A DNA stretch of 64,000 bases. Source: Scenedesmus sp. PABB004 (Eukaryota). The position numbers were made by a program, and so were the translations under genes. Below, one piece after another: positions 26,264 through 36,872 of this stretch. Where the stretch lies: assembly GCA_014905635.1 (NCBI GenBank), contig JABVCE010000023.1:248001-312000 (forward strand). Reading direction: 5' to 3'. Position 1 is the first letter of the stretch, and each line of letters opens with the position of its first letter. A model generated the notes under the pieces. That model saw only the letters and a list, made by a program, of their open reading frames with translations. It was not told where the DNA came from and made no database searches.

Positions 26264-27781
26264 ATGCTCTCGCGCGGCCCCACAGCGCGAGGCGGAGCCG
26301 CTGGGGGCCCGGCGCAGCGCAGGCCGCTCGCGAGCGCGCCGAGGCCTCGCCCCGCGCCGCGCGCGGTCGTGGTGGTGCGCAGCTCAGGCGTCCAGGACCT
26401 GCTGTCGCGCGACCGCAAGTGCGACGGCGCCGGGCTGCGGCGGGCGGCTGCGGCGGCAGCGCGGCGGCAGCGGCAGCAGCGCCGGGCGCTCGGGGGCGCC
26501 GCCGCCGCCCATGCGGGCGCCGCGCGGCGCCGCCGCCGCCCTGGGCCGCGCGTCCAGGCGGCTGTCGCGCAATTGAGCGCCCCACTGGCCGCCGCCGAGC
26601 GCTCACCCGTCGCCGCTGCCGCACGCGGCCGCTGCTGGCGGTGCGCAGGGAGACGGAGCTGAACGCGGCCGCGTTTGGCGAGGAGGAGCCGCCCGTGGAG
26701 CCGGCCGCGGCGCCCGCCGCAGCCGCAGCGGACGCGCCGCCGCGCGCCGCCGCCGCGGACGCCGACGCGGGCGCCGCCAAGCCGCGCCGGCGCGGCGGGC
26801 CGAAGCCGCGGCGCCAGCGCCAGGCCGAGCTCGCGGCGGCAGCCGGCGCCGCGGCGGCGGCGGCGCCGGGCAGCGGCGACGCGCGGCCGTACAAGCGCTG
26901 CAAGGACGCGATCGACGCGGGGCTGGCCGCCTTTGGCCAGCGTGAGTACGAGGCGGCGATCGGTCTGTTCAACCTCGCGCTGGAGCTGCCAGGCAACGGT
27001 GCGCTGCGCTTGCGGCGTGGCTCGGACGTGCGGCGCGACGGCCCGCCCACCGTACGCCCCGGCGGCGGCCCGCCCGTACGCGCGCGCGCGCGCAGGCGCG
27101 TACCGCCTGAGCGGCAGCCCGCGCGAGTACGCGTGCCCCAGCGACGCCGAGGAGTGGGCCGCGCTGTACAATCTGGCGGTGAGGGGCCGGCGGCCCCTGG
27201 CACGGGCGCCCGCGCCGCGCCGGAAGGGAGCGCGCGCGCGCCGCCCGCCGCGGCGCGGCCGCGGCGGGACCCCACGCGGGCGCCGCCGCCGCCGCCGCCC
27301 GCAGTGCTGCTACGCGCAGCTCGGCCAGACCGCGGCGGGGCTGACCTGCCTGGAGTCCATCCTGGAGACCGGTGCGGGGCGGCGCGGGCGGCTGCGCCGC
27401 GCGGCGGCCAGGCCTGCGCGCCGCGCTGGGTCCCGCGCGCCGAGCGCCGCGCGCCGCCGGCGCCGCCGCAGGCTTCTCCGACGTGCCGGGCATCAAGAGC
27501 GACCCGGACCTCGCGCCGCTGCGCGGCCCGGAGCTGCAGGCCATCATCAACAAGTGCGGCCCCGCCCGCGCGGCGCGGCGGCGCGGCGGCGCGGCGGCGC
27601 GGCCGGCGCCAGCGGTCGCGGCGCGCGCGCGGCGCGCCCGGGTGGGGCCCACGCCGCGCGCCGCCGGCCGGGGCGCAGGCACACCGGCGTCGGCGGCGCA
27701 CTCACGAAGCTGTTCAAGAAGGACAAGGAGGAGGTCCTGGTCAGCGACGCCAACAAGGACAAGCCCTGGATCCTGTGGTGA
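26264..27781 (+). CDS. Plastid-targeted TPR protein resembling the MET1/TEF30/LPA1-type TPR module
   Basis: Transit-peptide-like N-terminus (MLSRGPT...RAVVVVRSS). Spliced AIDAGLAAFGQREYEAAIGLFNLALEL...AALYNLACCYAQLGQTAAGLTCLESILETGFSDVPGIKSDPDLAPLR. Stop at 27781, followed by TGTAA at 27838-27842. Confidence 0.75.
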
Positions 27782-27837
27782 CGCGGCGGCCGTGCGCGGC
27801 GGCTTGTGGGCCCCCCTGTTGAGACTCGGCCGGCGCT

Positions 27838-27842
27838 TGTAA
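27838..27842 (+). terminator. Chlorophyte polyadenylation signal TGTAA for the TPR gene
   Basis: TGTAA lies about 57 nt after the stop; it is the established near-upstream element in Chlamydomonas-type algae. Confidence 0.7.
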
Positions 27843-28444
27843 CCCAGCCGCCGAGCGCATGATTGCGTGAAGCGCGACGCCACAGCTCTCGCACGGCAGC
27901 CTCCACGACGACACGCCCCGCAGCGGTGGCGGAGCCTCCCAGCGGCGGCGCAGCAGCGGCAGCGCCGGAGCGGCCGACTTGCTCCTGCGCCCTGCTCGCC
28001 GCGGCGCTCCCCACCATCATCATCACCGTGGCTGGGTGCGCGGAGCAGAGCGCGATTGCGGTGAGCAGGGAAAAGGGCTTTCGTGATGGCGATGGCGCCT
28101 GGCCGCGACCTGGCAGCCCCATAGCGCGTCGCCCCGCTGTTGGTGACCCGTCGGCGCGCGTCGACGCGGCTTCGCCGCCGGCGCGCCGCGCTGGCCGCGA
28201 CAGTCTGCGGTTGGCACCAGCCTGCGCCGCTGCTGCTGCTGCGCGCCGCCGCGCCCACATGGGCCGTCGCCGCCGTGCCGGCCGCAGGGCCCCCTGCAGC
28301 CCCAGGCCCCAGTGCGCCCTGACCATCAGCATCGCCTGACGGGCGGCACTGCGGCTGCGGCCGCGGCGTGAGGGAGCGAGGGCGGCGGCGAACGCGGCGA
28401 GCTGCAGCGGCAGGCGGGGCGGCAGCGGGGGGCGGCGGGCAGCC

Positions 28445-31396
28445 ATGAGCTACAGCAGCCGGGACGGCGACGGCCGGGGCGGCTACCAGCGCCTCGCGGA
28501 CGTGGAGGATGGCCGGCCCGCGCAGCCGCCGGCGCTCTTGTCGCCGCGCTGGCCGGGCCGCCGCCCAACCACGGCGCGCAGCCGGCGCCGGCCCACCAAC
28601 ACACGCACAAGGGCCTCGGCCCGCCCAGCACGTCGTCCGGCGGCGGCAGCGCGATGCCCGCGGCGCGGCCGGGCAAGAAGAAGGGCAGCGGGCGCAAGAT
28701 GGCCTGGCTGCTGGTGCACAACACCGGGGAGTCGCAGGCGGTCAACATGGACAAGCGCCAGGTGCGGCGCGGCTGCGCGGCTGCGTAGCGCAGCTGCGCG
28801 CGCGGCGCTGCGGCCGCCCCACGCCGACCCGTCGCCGCCGGCGCGGCGCGCCCGGCCCGCGCGCGTCCGGCCGCCGCAGCTCATCCAGGTGCTGGGGCTC
28901 GACATTCCGATGCGCGACCTGCGGCTGATGGACCCGGCGCTCGCGGGCTGGGACGGCGCGTGCGCGCAGATCCTGGTGCGCGACAACGTCATCGTCTTCA
29001 GGTGCGTGGCGCTGTGGGCGCGGTCGGGTGTGTGTGTGTGTGGGGAGGGGGCAGGGGAGGGGCGAGCGGGGCGCGCTGCGGCGCCGCCGGGCCCGCGACG
29101 GGGCGGCGCGTGCTGGGCGGCGCGCGCTGACCGCGCGCCGCCGCGTCGTCGCCGTCGCCGCCGTCGCCGCGCAGCGCGGAGCACGTGCGGCTGCTGATCA
29201 CCTGCGACAAGGTGCGGCGGGGGCGCCCCCGGGGCGGCGGGCGGCCCGCCCTGCCGCCGCAGCGGCGCGCGCGTCCGGCGGTGCTCGCGCCGCCGCGCCC
29301 GCAGCCCCGCCCACCTGCACGCACACCCGCCCGCCCACACCCTGGGCCGGCCCACACCCCCCGCCATCAACCATCACCGCTCAGGTCATCTTCCCGCTCG
29401 ACTTTGAGAAGACCGAGGCCTCACAGCGCTTCATCAAGACGGTCGAGGCCATCGTGCGCGAGCGCCCCGACTGCCTGCAGCTCAGCCAGCCCTCGCCCCC
29501 GCCGAGCGCGGGCGACCTCGCCGGCGCGTACGGCGAGGGCGGCGGGCGCGGCTCCGCGTCGGCGCCGCCGACGCCGGCGCCCGGCGCCGTGCCGGCGTCG
29601 CTGCTGCTGCCGCACGAGCGTGCGGAGCTCGCCGGCGGCGGGCGCGGCGCGCGCGGGCTGAGCATGGGCTTTGGCCTCGGCACGCGCGACCCGGAGCTGC
29701 TGCCGTTTGAACTCAACATACTGGAGGCGGCCCTGGGTGCGTGCGCGCGCGGGGGGGGGGGGGGGCTCTGCAGCTGCCGGGCGGCGGCCGCCGACGACCG
29801 CCGCGCCGCGCCGCGCCGCGCGCCGCGCTGCAGGCGAGGTCACGCGGCACTACAGCCTGGCGACGAGCAGCCTGGAGGCGCTCGCGCACCCGGCGCTGGA
29901 CGCGCTGATGCGCAAGTGCAACAGGTGTGGCCCGCCGGCCGCGGCACGACACACCCGGCCGCGCCCGCGCCCGGCCGCGCCCGCGCCCGCCGACGCGCTG
30001 CTGCTGCGCGCGCGCCCGCGTCGCAGCACTAACCTGGAGCGCGTGCGCAAGATCAAGACGCAGCACCAGCGGCTGCAGGGGCGCCTGCAGGCGCGGCGCC
30101 CGCGCGCCCGCCGCTGCGCCGTGCGCGCCCGCCGCGCGGCTGCCGCCGCCGACGCCGCACTGCCCCCCCCCCCCCCCACACCTTTGCCCTAAACCCTCTG
30201 CCCTAAACAAACCCCAGGGCCTGCGCGAGGTGCTGGATCGGTACCAGGACGACGACGAGGACCTGCTGCGAATGGTGCGTCGGCGGCGCGGCGCGCGCGC
30301 GCGGGCCACGCGCCCTGGGCGGCCCACGCCCCCACCCCTGCACACACACCGCCGCTGACGCCCGCGCCCGCGCCCGCGCGCGCGCCGCGGCGGCGCCGCA
30401 GTGCCTGAGCCGCGCGCGCGAGCAGGACCTGGAGGGCGCCGACGCGGGCAGCGACAACACGCTGCTCATCGGGCGGCGCGAGAGCTGCTACGGCCTCCCC
30501 GGCAGCCACCGCGGCAGCGGCGCCGGCTCGGGCATGCTGCCGCGCCGCGCGACGGTCACCAACCTCGCGCGCAGCCCCGGCGCGATGCTGGCCCGCTTCA
30601 CGTCGGGCATCGCGCCGCCGCACCACCACCGCAGCGGCGGCAGCGGCGGCAGCAGCAGCAGCAGCAGCAGCTCCAGCAGCAGCAGCCGCTCCACCGCCGC
30701 GCACGACCTGCTGGAGGTGGAGAACCTCCTAGAGTCGTACACGATGATGGTGACTGCACGGGTGGTGGTGGTCGGGCGGGCGGCGCGGGGCCCCGCCGCC
30801 GCCGCGGCGGTCGCGCTGTGCGTGGCGTGACGCCTCTCACGTCCGCGGTCGCGCGCGCGCAGGTGGACGGCACGCTGGCCAAGCTCTCTGGCATCGGCGA
30901 GTACATCGACGACACGGAGGACTTCATCAACATCGAGCTCGACTACAACCGCAACAGTGCGCCCTTGCGGGCTGGTCGGCTCAGATTGTATACTCAGTAC
31001 AGTCAGCCGCTGACCGACCGGCTGACCGGCCGGCGTGGGGCCGGCGCAGGGGCTGACGCCGCGCGCCGCGTGCCGCGCAGGGCTGCTGCGCATTGAGATC
31101 CTGCTGACGGTCGCGACGTTCAGTCTGGCCATCTACAACCTGTGCGCCGCCGCCGCGCGCGCGCGCGCCCGTGCAGCCGGCGCGCCGCGCAGCCGGCGCG
31201 CTCCTCACGGCCCCGCCGCCGCCGCCGTGGCCGCCGCCGCAGCGTGGCGGGCATCCTGGGCGAGAACCTGGTGCTGCCGGCGGCGTGGACGGCCGACTTG
31301 CGGGGGTTTATCGTCATCAACGCCACCACGCTCTCCACCTGCGCGCTCGTGTTTGGCCTCGTCTGGCACCGCCTGGTCAACAAGAAGCTCATCTGA
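28445..31396 (+). CDS. MRS2: MRS2/CorA-family divalent cation (Mg2+) transporter with variant GEN motif
   Basis: Spliced IPMRDLRLMDP, ILVRDNVIVF, LPFELNILEAAL, NLERVRKIK, DDDEDLLRMCLS, EVENLLESY, EYIDDTEDFINIELDYNRNRLLRIEILL, VAGILGENL and a final TM helix. The start is either 28445 (needs a -1 switch near 28510-28560) or the ATG near 28653. Confidence 0.9.
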
Positions 31397-32008
31397 TGAC
31401 CGGGCGGCGCGGCGGGGCGCTGGCGCGCGGCGCGGCGGGCGCTGGCGCACGCGGCGGCGGGGCGCTGGCGCGCGCTCTCCAACGATCCGCGAGTAAAACA
31501 GACGCGTACACACGACGACGAGTGCAGCGCCAGCGACCGAGCTCAGCGCGTTCCATCGCCGGAGGAAAAATGCACGCCGCACACGCCACACACGCCGCGC
31601 ACACACGTGCCAGATCGCTGCCCCGCCGCCGCCGCAGTTTTGTGAGGCGCGCGCAGGGCCCACGTAGCGGTTCCACACACGTTGGGACGGCTCACGCGCA
31701 GCGCGCAAAGTACCGAAATGCCGGCCGTCCTTTTGTTCCAGTGCTTGGATGAAACTCTGCATGCGCGAGCCAACCCCCAGCTGTGTGGACAGCAACGCAA
31801 GCGATGACTGCGCGGGAGCCCCGCGCTCAGGCAGTGGTGCATGCCCCCGCGCCCGGGCGGGGTCGGCCGCCTTGGCAGCACTGCGGAAACAGAGCCCTCC
31901 CTCATTCCAACCCCCCGGTGGTGGGGACTGCAAGCTCACCAGCAGGTTGTGCCGCGCGATCCGAGCCGGGCGCGCGCGGCGCCACGCACGTGTGTGTACA
32001 AAAGCGTG

Positions 32009-32013
32009 TGTAA
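32009..32013 (+). terminator. Candidate TGTAA polyadenylation signal (MRS2 3' UTR)
   Basis: TGTAA within an unusually A-rich patch (32009-32045) downstream of the MRS2 stop. Confidence 0.5.
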
Positions 32014-32285
32014 AGTAAAAAGTAAAAAAGTAACAAGTCAAAGTCGCCATGCCCTCCGGGTTGCATCCGTTGGTGCAGGCGCGGCAGGTTTGGGCGCGCG
32101 CTCCCCTCTGCCCCGACGTTTTGCTTCTTCTTTGCAAGGTTGCCTCAGTCCGCACGCGTGTTTCACCACACGCATGCTGCATGCACATGACATCCCAGCG
32201 CCCCTGCAGGGGCCAACCTTGAGCACCGATAAACGGAGCCCGCGCGCAGCCCAGCCGAGCTGCGGCCGCGGGGCGAGCGCGGCGC

Positions 32286-35200
32286 TCAGGCCGCCTTGCA
32301 GGCACGCCGGCGCGCAATGGCAGCTAGGAACATGGCCCTGCGGCGGGCAGGCGGGCGGCGGCGGGTCATGGCGCTGCTGACCTCGGCCCGCCGACGGGCG
32401 CGGAGCTCGGCGCGCCAGGGAGCGGGCGCGCGGGGCGAGGCGGCGCTGCGCCGCCGCGCGCCGCGCACCTGTCGACCCGCTCTCGCAGGTAGATCAGGGG
32501 GAGCATGGCGAGCGGCAGCGCCACCTGCAGCCACACGCCGAGCGCAGGGCAGGGCCGCTCCAGCGTGAGCAGCGCCAGGCACACCGCCACGTCGCACACC
32601 GCCTGCCAGCCCGCCCAGGACAGGCGCTGGCGGGAGAGCAGCAGGAGCGCCGCCGCGGTGGAGCTGTGCAGCAGCGGGCGGCCGGCGCACGGCCCGGCCG
32701 CCGCCGCCGCCGCCACTGCCGCGCGCGGCACGTGCAGCGGCTTGCGCAGCACCAGCAGCAGCGCCGCCTGCACAGCTGCCAGCAGGCTGTCGCGGAGGCC
32801 GTGGTATGCGCCCGGGCCGCACAGCGCCGCCGCGAGCGGCAGCGCGCCCGCCACGACGGCCGCGAGCTGGTGCGCCACCGGGAGGTCCCACGCGCACAGC
32901 GCGGCGCCGCCCGCCAGCAGCGGCAGGCCGCCGCCGCCGCCGCGGAGGCGCACCGCGAGCGGCAGGCCCATCGCCAGCGCCTTGACGCACGCGCAGAGCC
33001 ACCCGTCGGCCGCGAGGCGCGCCTCGGCGAGCGCCATGCAGTACCGGCCCTCGAGCCCGGGGTCGGCAAACACCAGGCTCAGGCGCCGGTGCTCCGCGCG
33101 CAGCGGCGCGGCCACGCAGCGCGCCAGCAGCGCGAGCTGGCCCTGCAGCGCGGGCGCGTCGGTCAGCCACGCGTGCAGCTCGCCCGCGCACAGCACGCCC
33201 AGCAGGCGCGTGAGCGTCGTCGCGACCAGGCAGCCCACGCCCGCGCCGACCATCAGCGCCGGCGAGTCCGCCAGCAGCGCCGCGAACAGCGCCACCGCGC
33301 AGCCCGCCTGCGCCGCGCGCAGCAGCCACGACAGACTGGCGCGGAGGCGCGGCGCCGCCGCCAGGTGCCGCCGGCACAGCAGCAGGCCGGCCGCCGCCGC
33401 CGACACTGCCAGGCAGGGCACCTCGCGCGAGGCGTCGTCCGGGCCATCATCAACGACGCAGGCGCGCGTGCCACCGCAGGACAGCACGCCCGCCACGCCG
33501 CCGCTGCCGCCGCCGCTGCTGCTGCAGCTGCCGGACCTGCTGCAGCCAGCGCCCTCGTCCAGCACCGCCCATGGCGCGTGCTCCTGGCTGTCGCACTCGC
33601 TGCCACACGCGCTGCTGGCCGCATCCGCCAGGGGCAGGCACGCGCCGCCAGCGCCTTCGCCGTCCGACTCGGGCTCGCTCACCTCGGGCTTGCTCGCCTC
33701 GAGCTCGCTCCCCTCGAGCTCGCTCGCCTCGGGCTTGCTGGCACTGCCGGCCACGCTGGCTGTGCCGTCACTCGCCGCCGCCGCTGCCTCGTCGGCCGCG
33801 CCTGACTCGGCCGCCCGGGCCACGGGCGGCACCACCGCAGCAGCCTCCGGCTGGTCCCCCGACTCGGACGACGCACCGGCGCGCTCCGCCGCCCTCTCAG
33901 GCGACGCCGACCGCTCCGCGGCCGCGCCCGCCCGCTCCGCGAGCCCCAGCTCTGCGGCGCCGGGCGGCGCACCGCATGCCGCCGCCGCGCCGCCCCGCTG
34001 CTGCTGCGCCGCCGCCAGCTGGCCCGCCATGCGCTGCAGCTCCCACTGCTGCTGCTGCACGCGCCCCAGGTGCGTGCGCAGCTCGGCTGGGGCCATCGGC
34101 CCCAGCAGCAGGCCGTGCGCGAGGCGGTTGAGGTGCGTGAGGCCCAGCGCCGTGGCGAGCATGGCGGGCGTGGCGCCGCTGGCGTCGCGAACGTCAAACC
34201 ACATCCCGCACACCGCCGGGCTGGAGCGCAGCAGCGCGACCGCCACGCCGTGCCTGTCCTGCCCCGCCAGCGCCGCCGCGAGGTGCAGCGGCGTCAGGCC
34301 CGCCGGCCCCGGCGCGTCCCAGGCGCACAGCGCGCGGTGCGCCACCGCCCAGCCGAGCGCCGCGACCACCATCCGCATGCGCCTGGAGCGCACGGCGCGG
34401 TGCAGCAGGCCCAGGCCGTCGTCCGCCGCGACGGCGCTGGCGACCGCCGCGAACGACGCCACCGGCGCCGCGTGCGTCAGCAGCGTGTCGAGCACGCAGC
34501 CCGCCGCCGCCGCCCAGCCGCGGTCGACGAGGAAGCGCAGCAGACGCACGCCCACGTCCCTGACCAGACCAGGCCGCAGCGGCGCCGGCGGGCGGCGGCG
34601 GCGGCGGCAGCGTCAGCGCCGCGCGCGCGGGGCGGGGCGGCAGGCGGCGTGGCGCGGGCAGCGGGGCGGGCAGCGGGGCGGGCAGCTCACGTCATGGCGG
34701 CCTTGTACTCCGCGCACAGCATCGGGTGCTCCGCGGCCGCCTCCGACGGCGGCGCCTCCGACGGCGGTGCGGCGGGCGGCGGCGCCTCGACCCACGGGCA
34801 GGCCCCAAAGGCGCTGTCGTCGTCGCCGCCGCCCTCGACCGCCCCCGCCGCGCCCTCCGCGCCGCCGGCGGCGCGCGGCGGGCGCGGGGGGCGCATGCGC
34901 TGCTCCACGCTGGCCAGCTGCCGCTCGACCTCTTGCAGCAGCATGGACGAGCTCCGGCCCGGCGCCAGGCCGCCGCCGACGCTGCGCGCCGCGAGGCTCG
35001 CGGGCTCGGAAGCGCGGCCGGGCGCGCCGCGGCGCAGCAGGAAGCTGCGGCCGGTGCGGGCGGTGAAGTCGAGGGACTGCGAGCGCCGGCCGCCCGGCGG
35101 GGAGGCGTCGCTCTCCAGGCCGCCCCGGCTGCTGCTCAGGCGGCCGAGGGCGCCGTTGAAGCTGCGGCTGCGCTGCACAAGGTGCGACAGGCTCAGCAGC

Positions 35201-36839
35201 CGCCGCGTGGCCGCCGCGACGGAGCTCAGCCGGCCGAGGCTGCCGCCGCCGCCGCCGCCGCCGCTGCTGGGGCTGCCGCCGCGGCTGCTGCTGCTCGCGG
35301 CCGCCTGAGAGGAGCGCGAGGGGAACGAGAGCCGCCGCAGCAGGCCCTTCTTGAGGCCTAAGGTGCCCCCCGGCGCCGGCTTGGCCGGCGGAGGGGCTTC
35401 GGCGCGCCGCGCCAGGCCCTGCTCGGCTGCCGGCGGCGCTGCGATGGCAGGCGCGCTCTCGCCGCGCGCCGCGCTCGCCTCGACGGCCACGGCGCGCGAC
35501 TCGGTGGGGCCGCCGCCGCTGCGGGCCGGCGCGGACAGCGCGCCGCGCGGCGCGGCCGCCGCGGCGAGGACCTCGTGGGCGCTGTCATCGAGCAGGTCCA
35601 GGTCCAGGTCCTGGCCCAGCGCAGCGGCGGCCGCGGCCGCCGCCGCAGGGCTGCGGGGCCACTGCGCCGCAGCAGCCGCCGCGCTGCTCTGCGCTGGCGC
35701 AGAGGCGGGGCCGCCCGCCGCCGCGCCCGCGGCCGGCGCCTCGCCCGCCTGCGCGCCCGCGGCCGGCGCCCCGGCCGCGCCCGCGTCGGGGGCAGCGGCG
35801 TGGCGCTGCGCGACCGCCCTGAAGTCGAGCAGGCGGCCAAAGTCCACGAGGACCTGCTCGGCCGCCGCCGCCGCGTCGCCGCCGGCGTCGAGCGCGCGGG
35901 CGAGGCGCCCCAGCTCGGCCGCCACTGCGGGGCTGTCCACCACCAGCAGCGGCCGCGCCTCGCTGAGCAGCAGGCCGCGCTGGAACTCGAGCTGCACGAG
36001 CCCGCACGCCGGCAGGCGCTGCAGCGCGACACACACGCGCGCGTCGTCGTCGCCGAGGGCGCCCCCGGCCGCCGCCGGGGCCGCGTCGGCCGCGTCGGCG
36101 GGCAGGAAGGTGCCCTGGCTGCGCGCGAGCGCGACCGCGCCATCCAGGCGCGCGCCGCGGGCGACGACCGTCACGGAGCCGCCGCCGCCGCGCTGCGCCG
36201 GCAGGCAGACGCAGCACGGCGCCACCGCCGCGAGCAGCGGCCGGCGCGCCTCCTGCGCGGGCGGGGCGCCCGGGCGCAGGTCCACCGCGCCGGCGTGCTG
36301 CCCGCCCCGGAGCAGCACCGCGCGTTCGTCCGGCAGCTGCACCGTCAGCGCCAGCTCGCCGCCCGCCGCGGCGCCGCCGGCGAGCAGCGCGCGCGCCCAG
36401 TCGCTGCCCGACAGCGCCGCGACCGCCTGCGACAGCGCGTCCGCGGCGGCGCGGCGCGGCGCCGCCATCGCGCGCGGCGCCGGCGCCGGCAGCTCCGCGC
36501 GCAGCTGCAGCACCAGGTGCACGCAGCCGGGGCGCATGTAGCCGCACTCCACCGACGCGTGGCCGCCGGCCAGCAGGCCGTTGAGCCCCGGCAGCAGGCC
36601 GGGCGCGAGCGCCGCGGGCGTGGCGTCGTGGAGCTTCAGGCTCAGCCGCAGCGCGGCGTCGGCGCCGCCGTACGTCGCCGCGCCGGCGCCGCCCCGCGCC
36701 ACGGCGAGCGCCGTGCCCAGCGCCGCAGCGCGGTCCTCGCGCCAGGCGGCCGCCGCGAAGCCGCCGCCGGCGCCGGCGCCGCGCGCCACGTCGCCGCCGC
36801 ACGGGGCGGCGCCGGGCGGCGCGGGCACCTGCTGCGCCG

Positions 36840-36872
<33 letters not shown>

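Noticed and set aside
31400..32285. Lower-GC stretch (also 58522-59167) as foreign DNA, transposon or ncRNA
   Set aside because: Each lies between convergent stops and contains poly(A)-signal-like motifs. No terminal repeats, target-site duplication, transposase/RT or tRNA/snRNA fold was recognised, which fits 3' UTRs.
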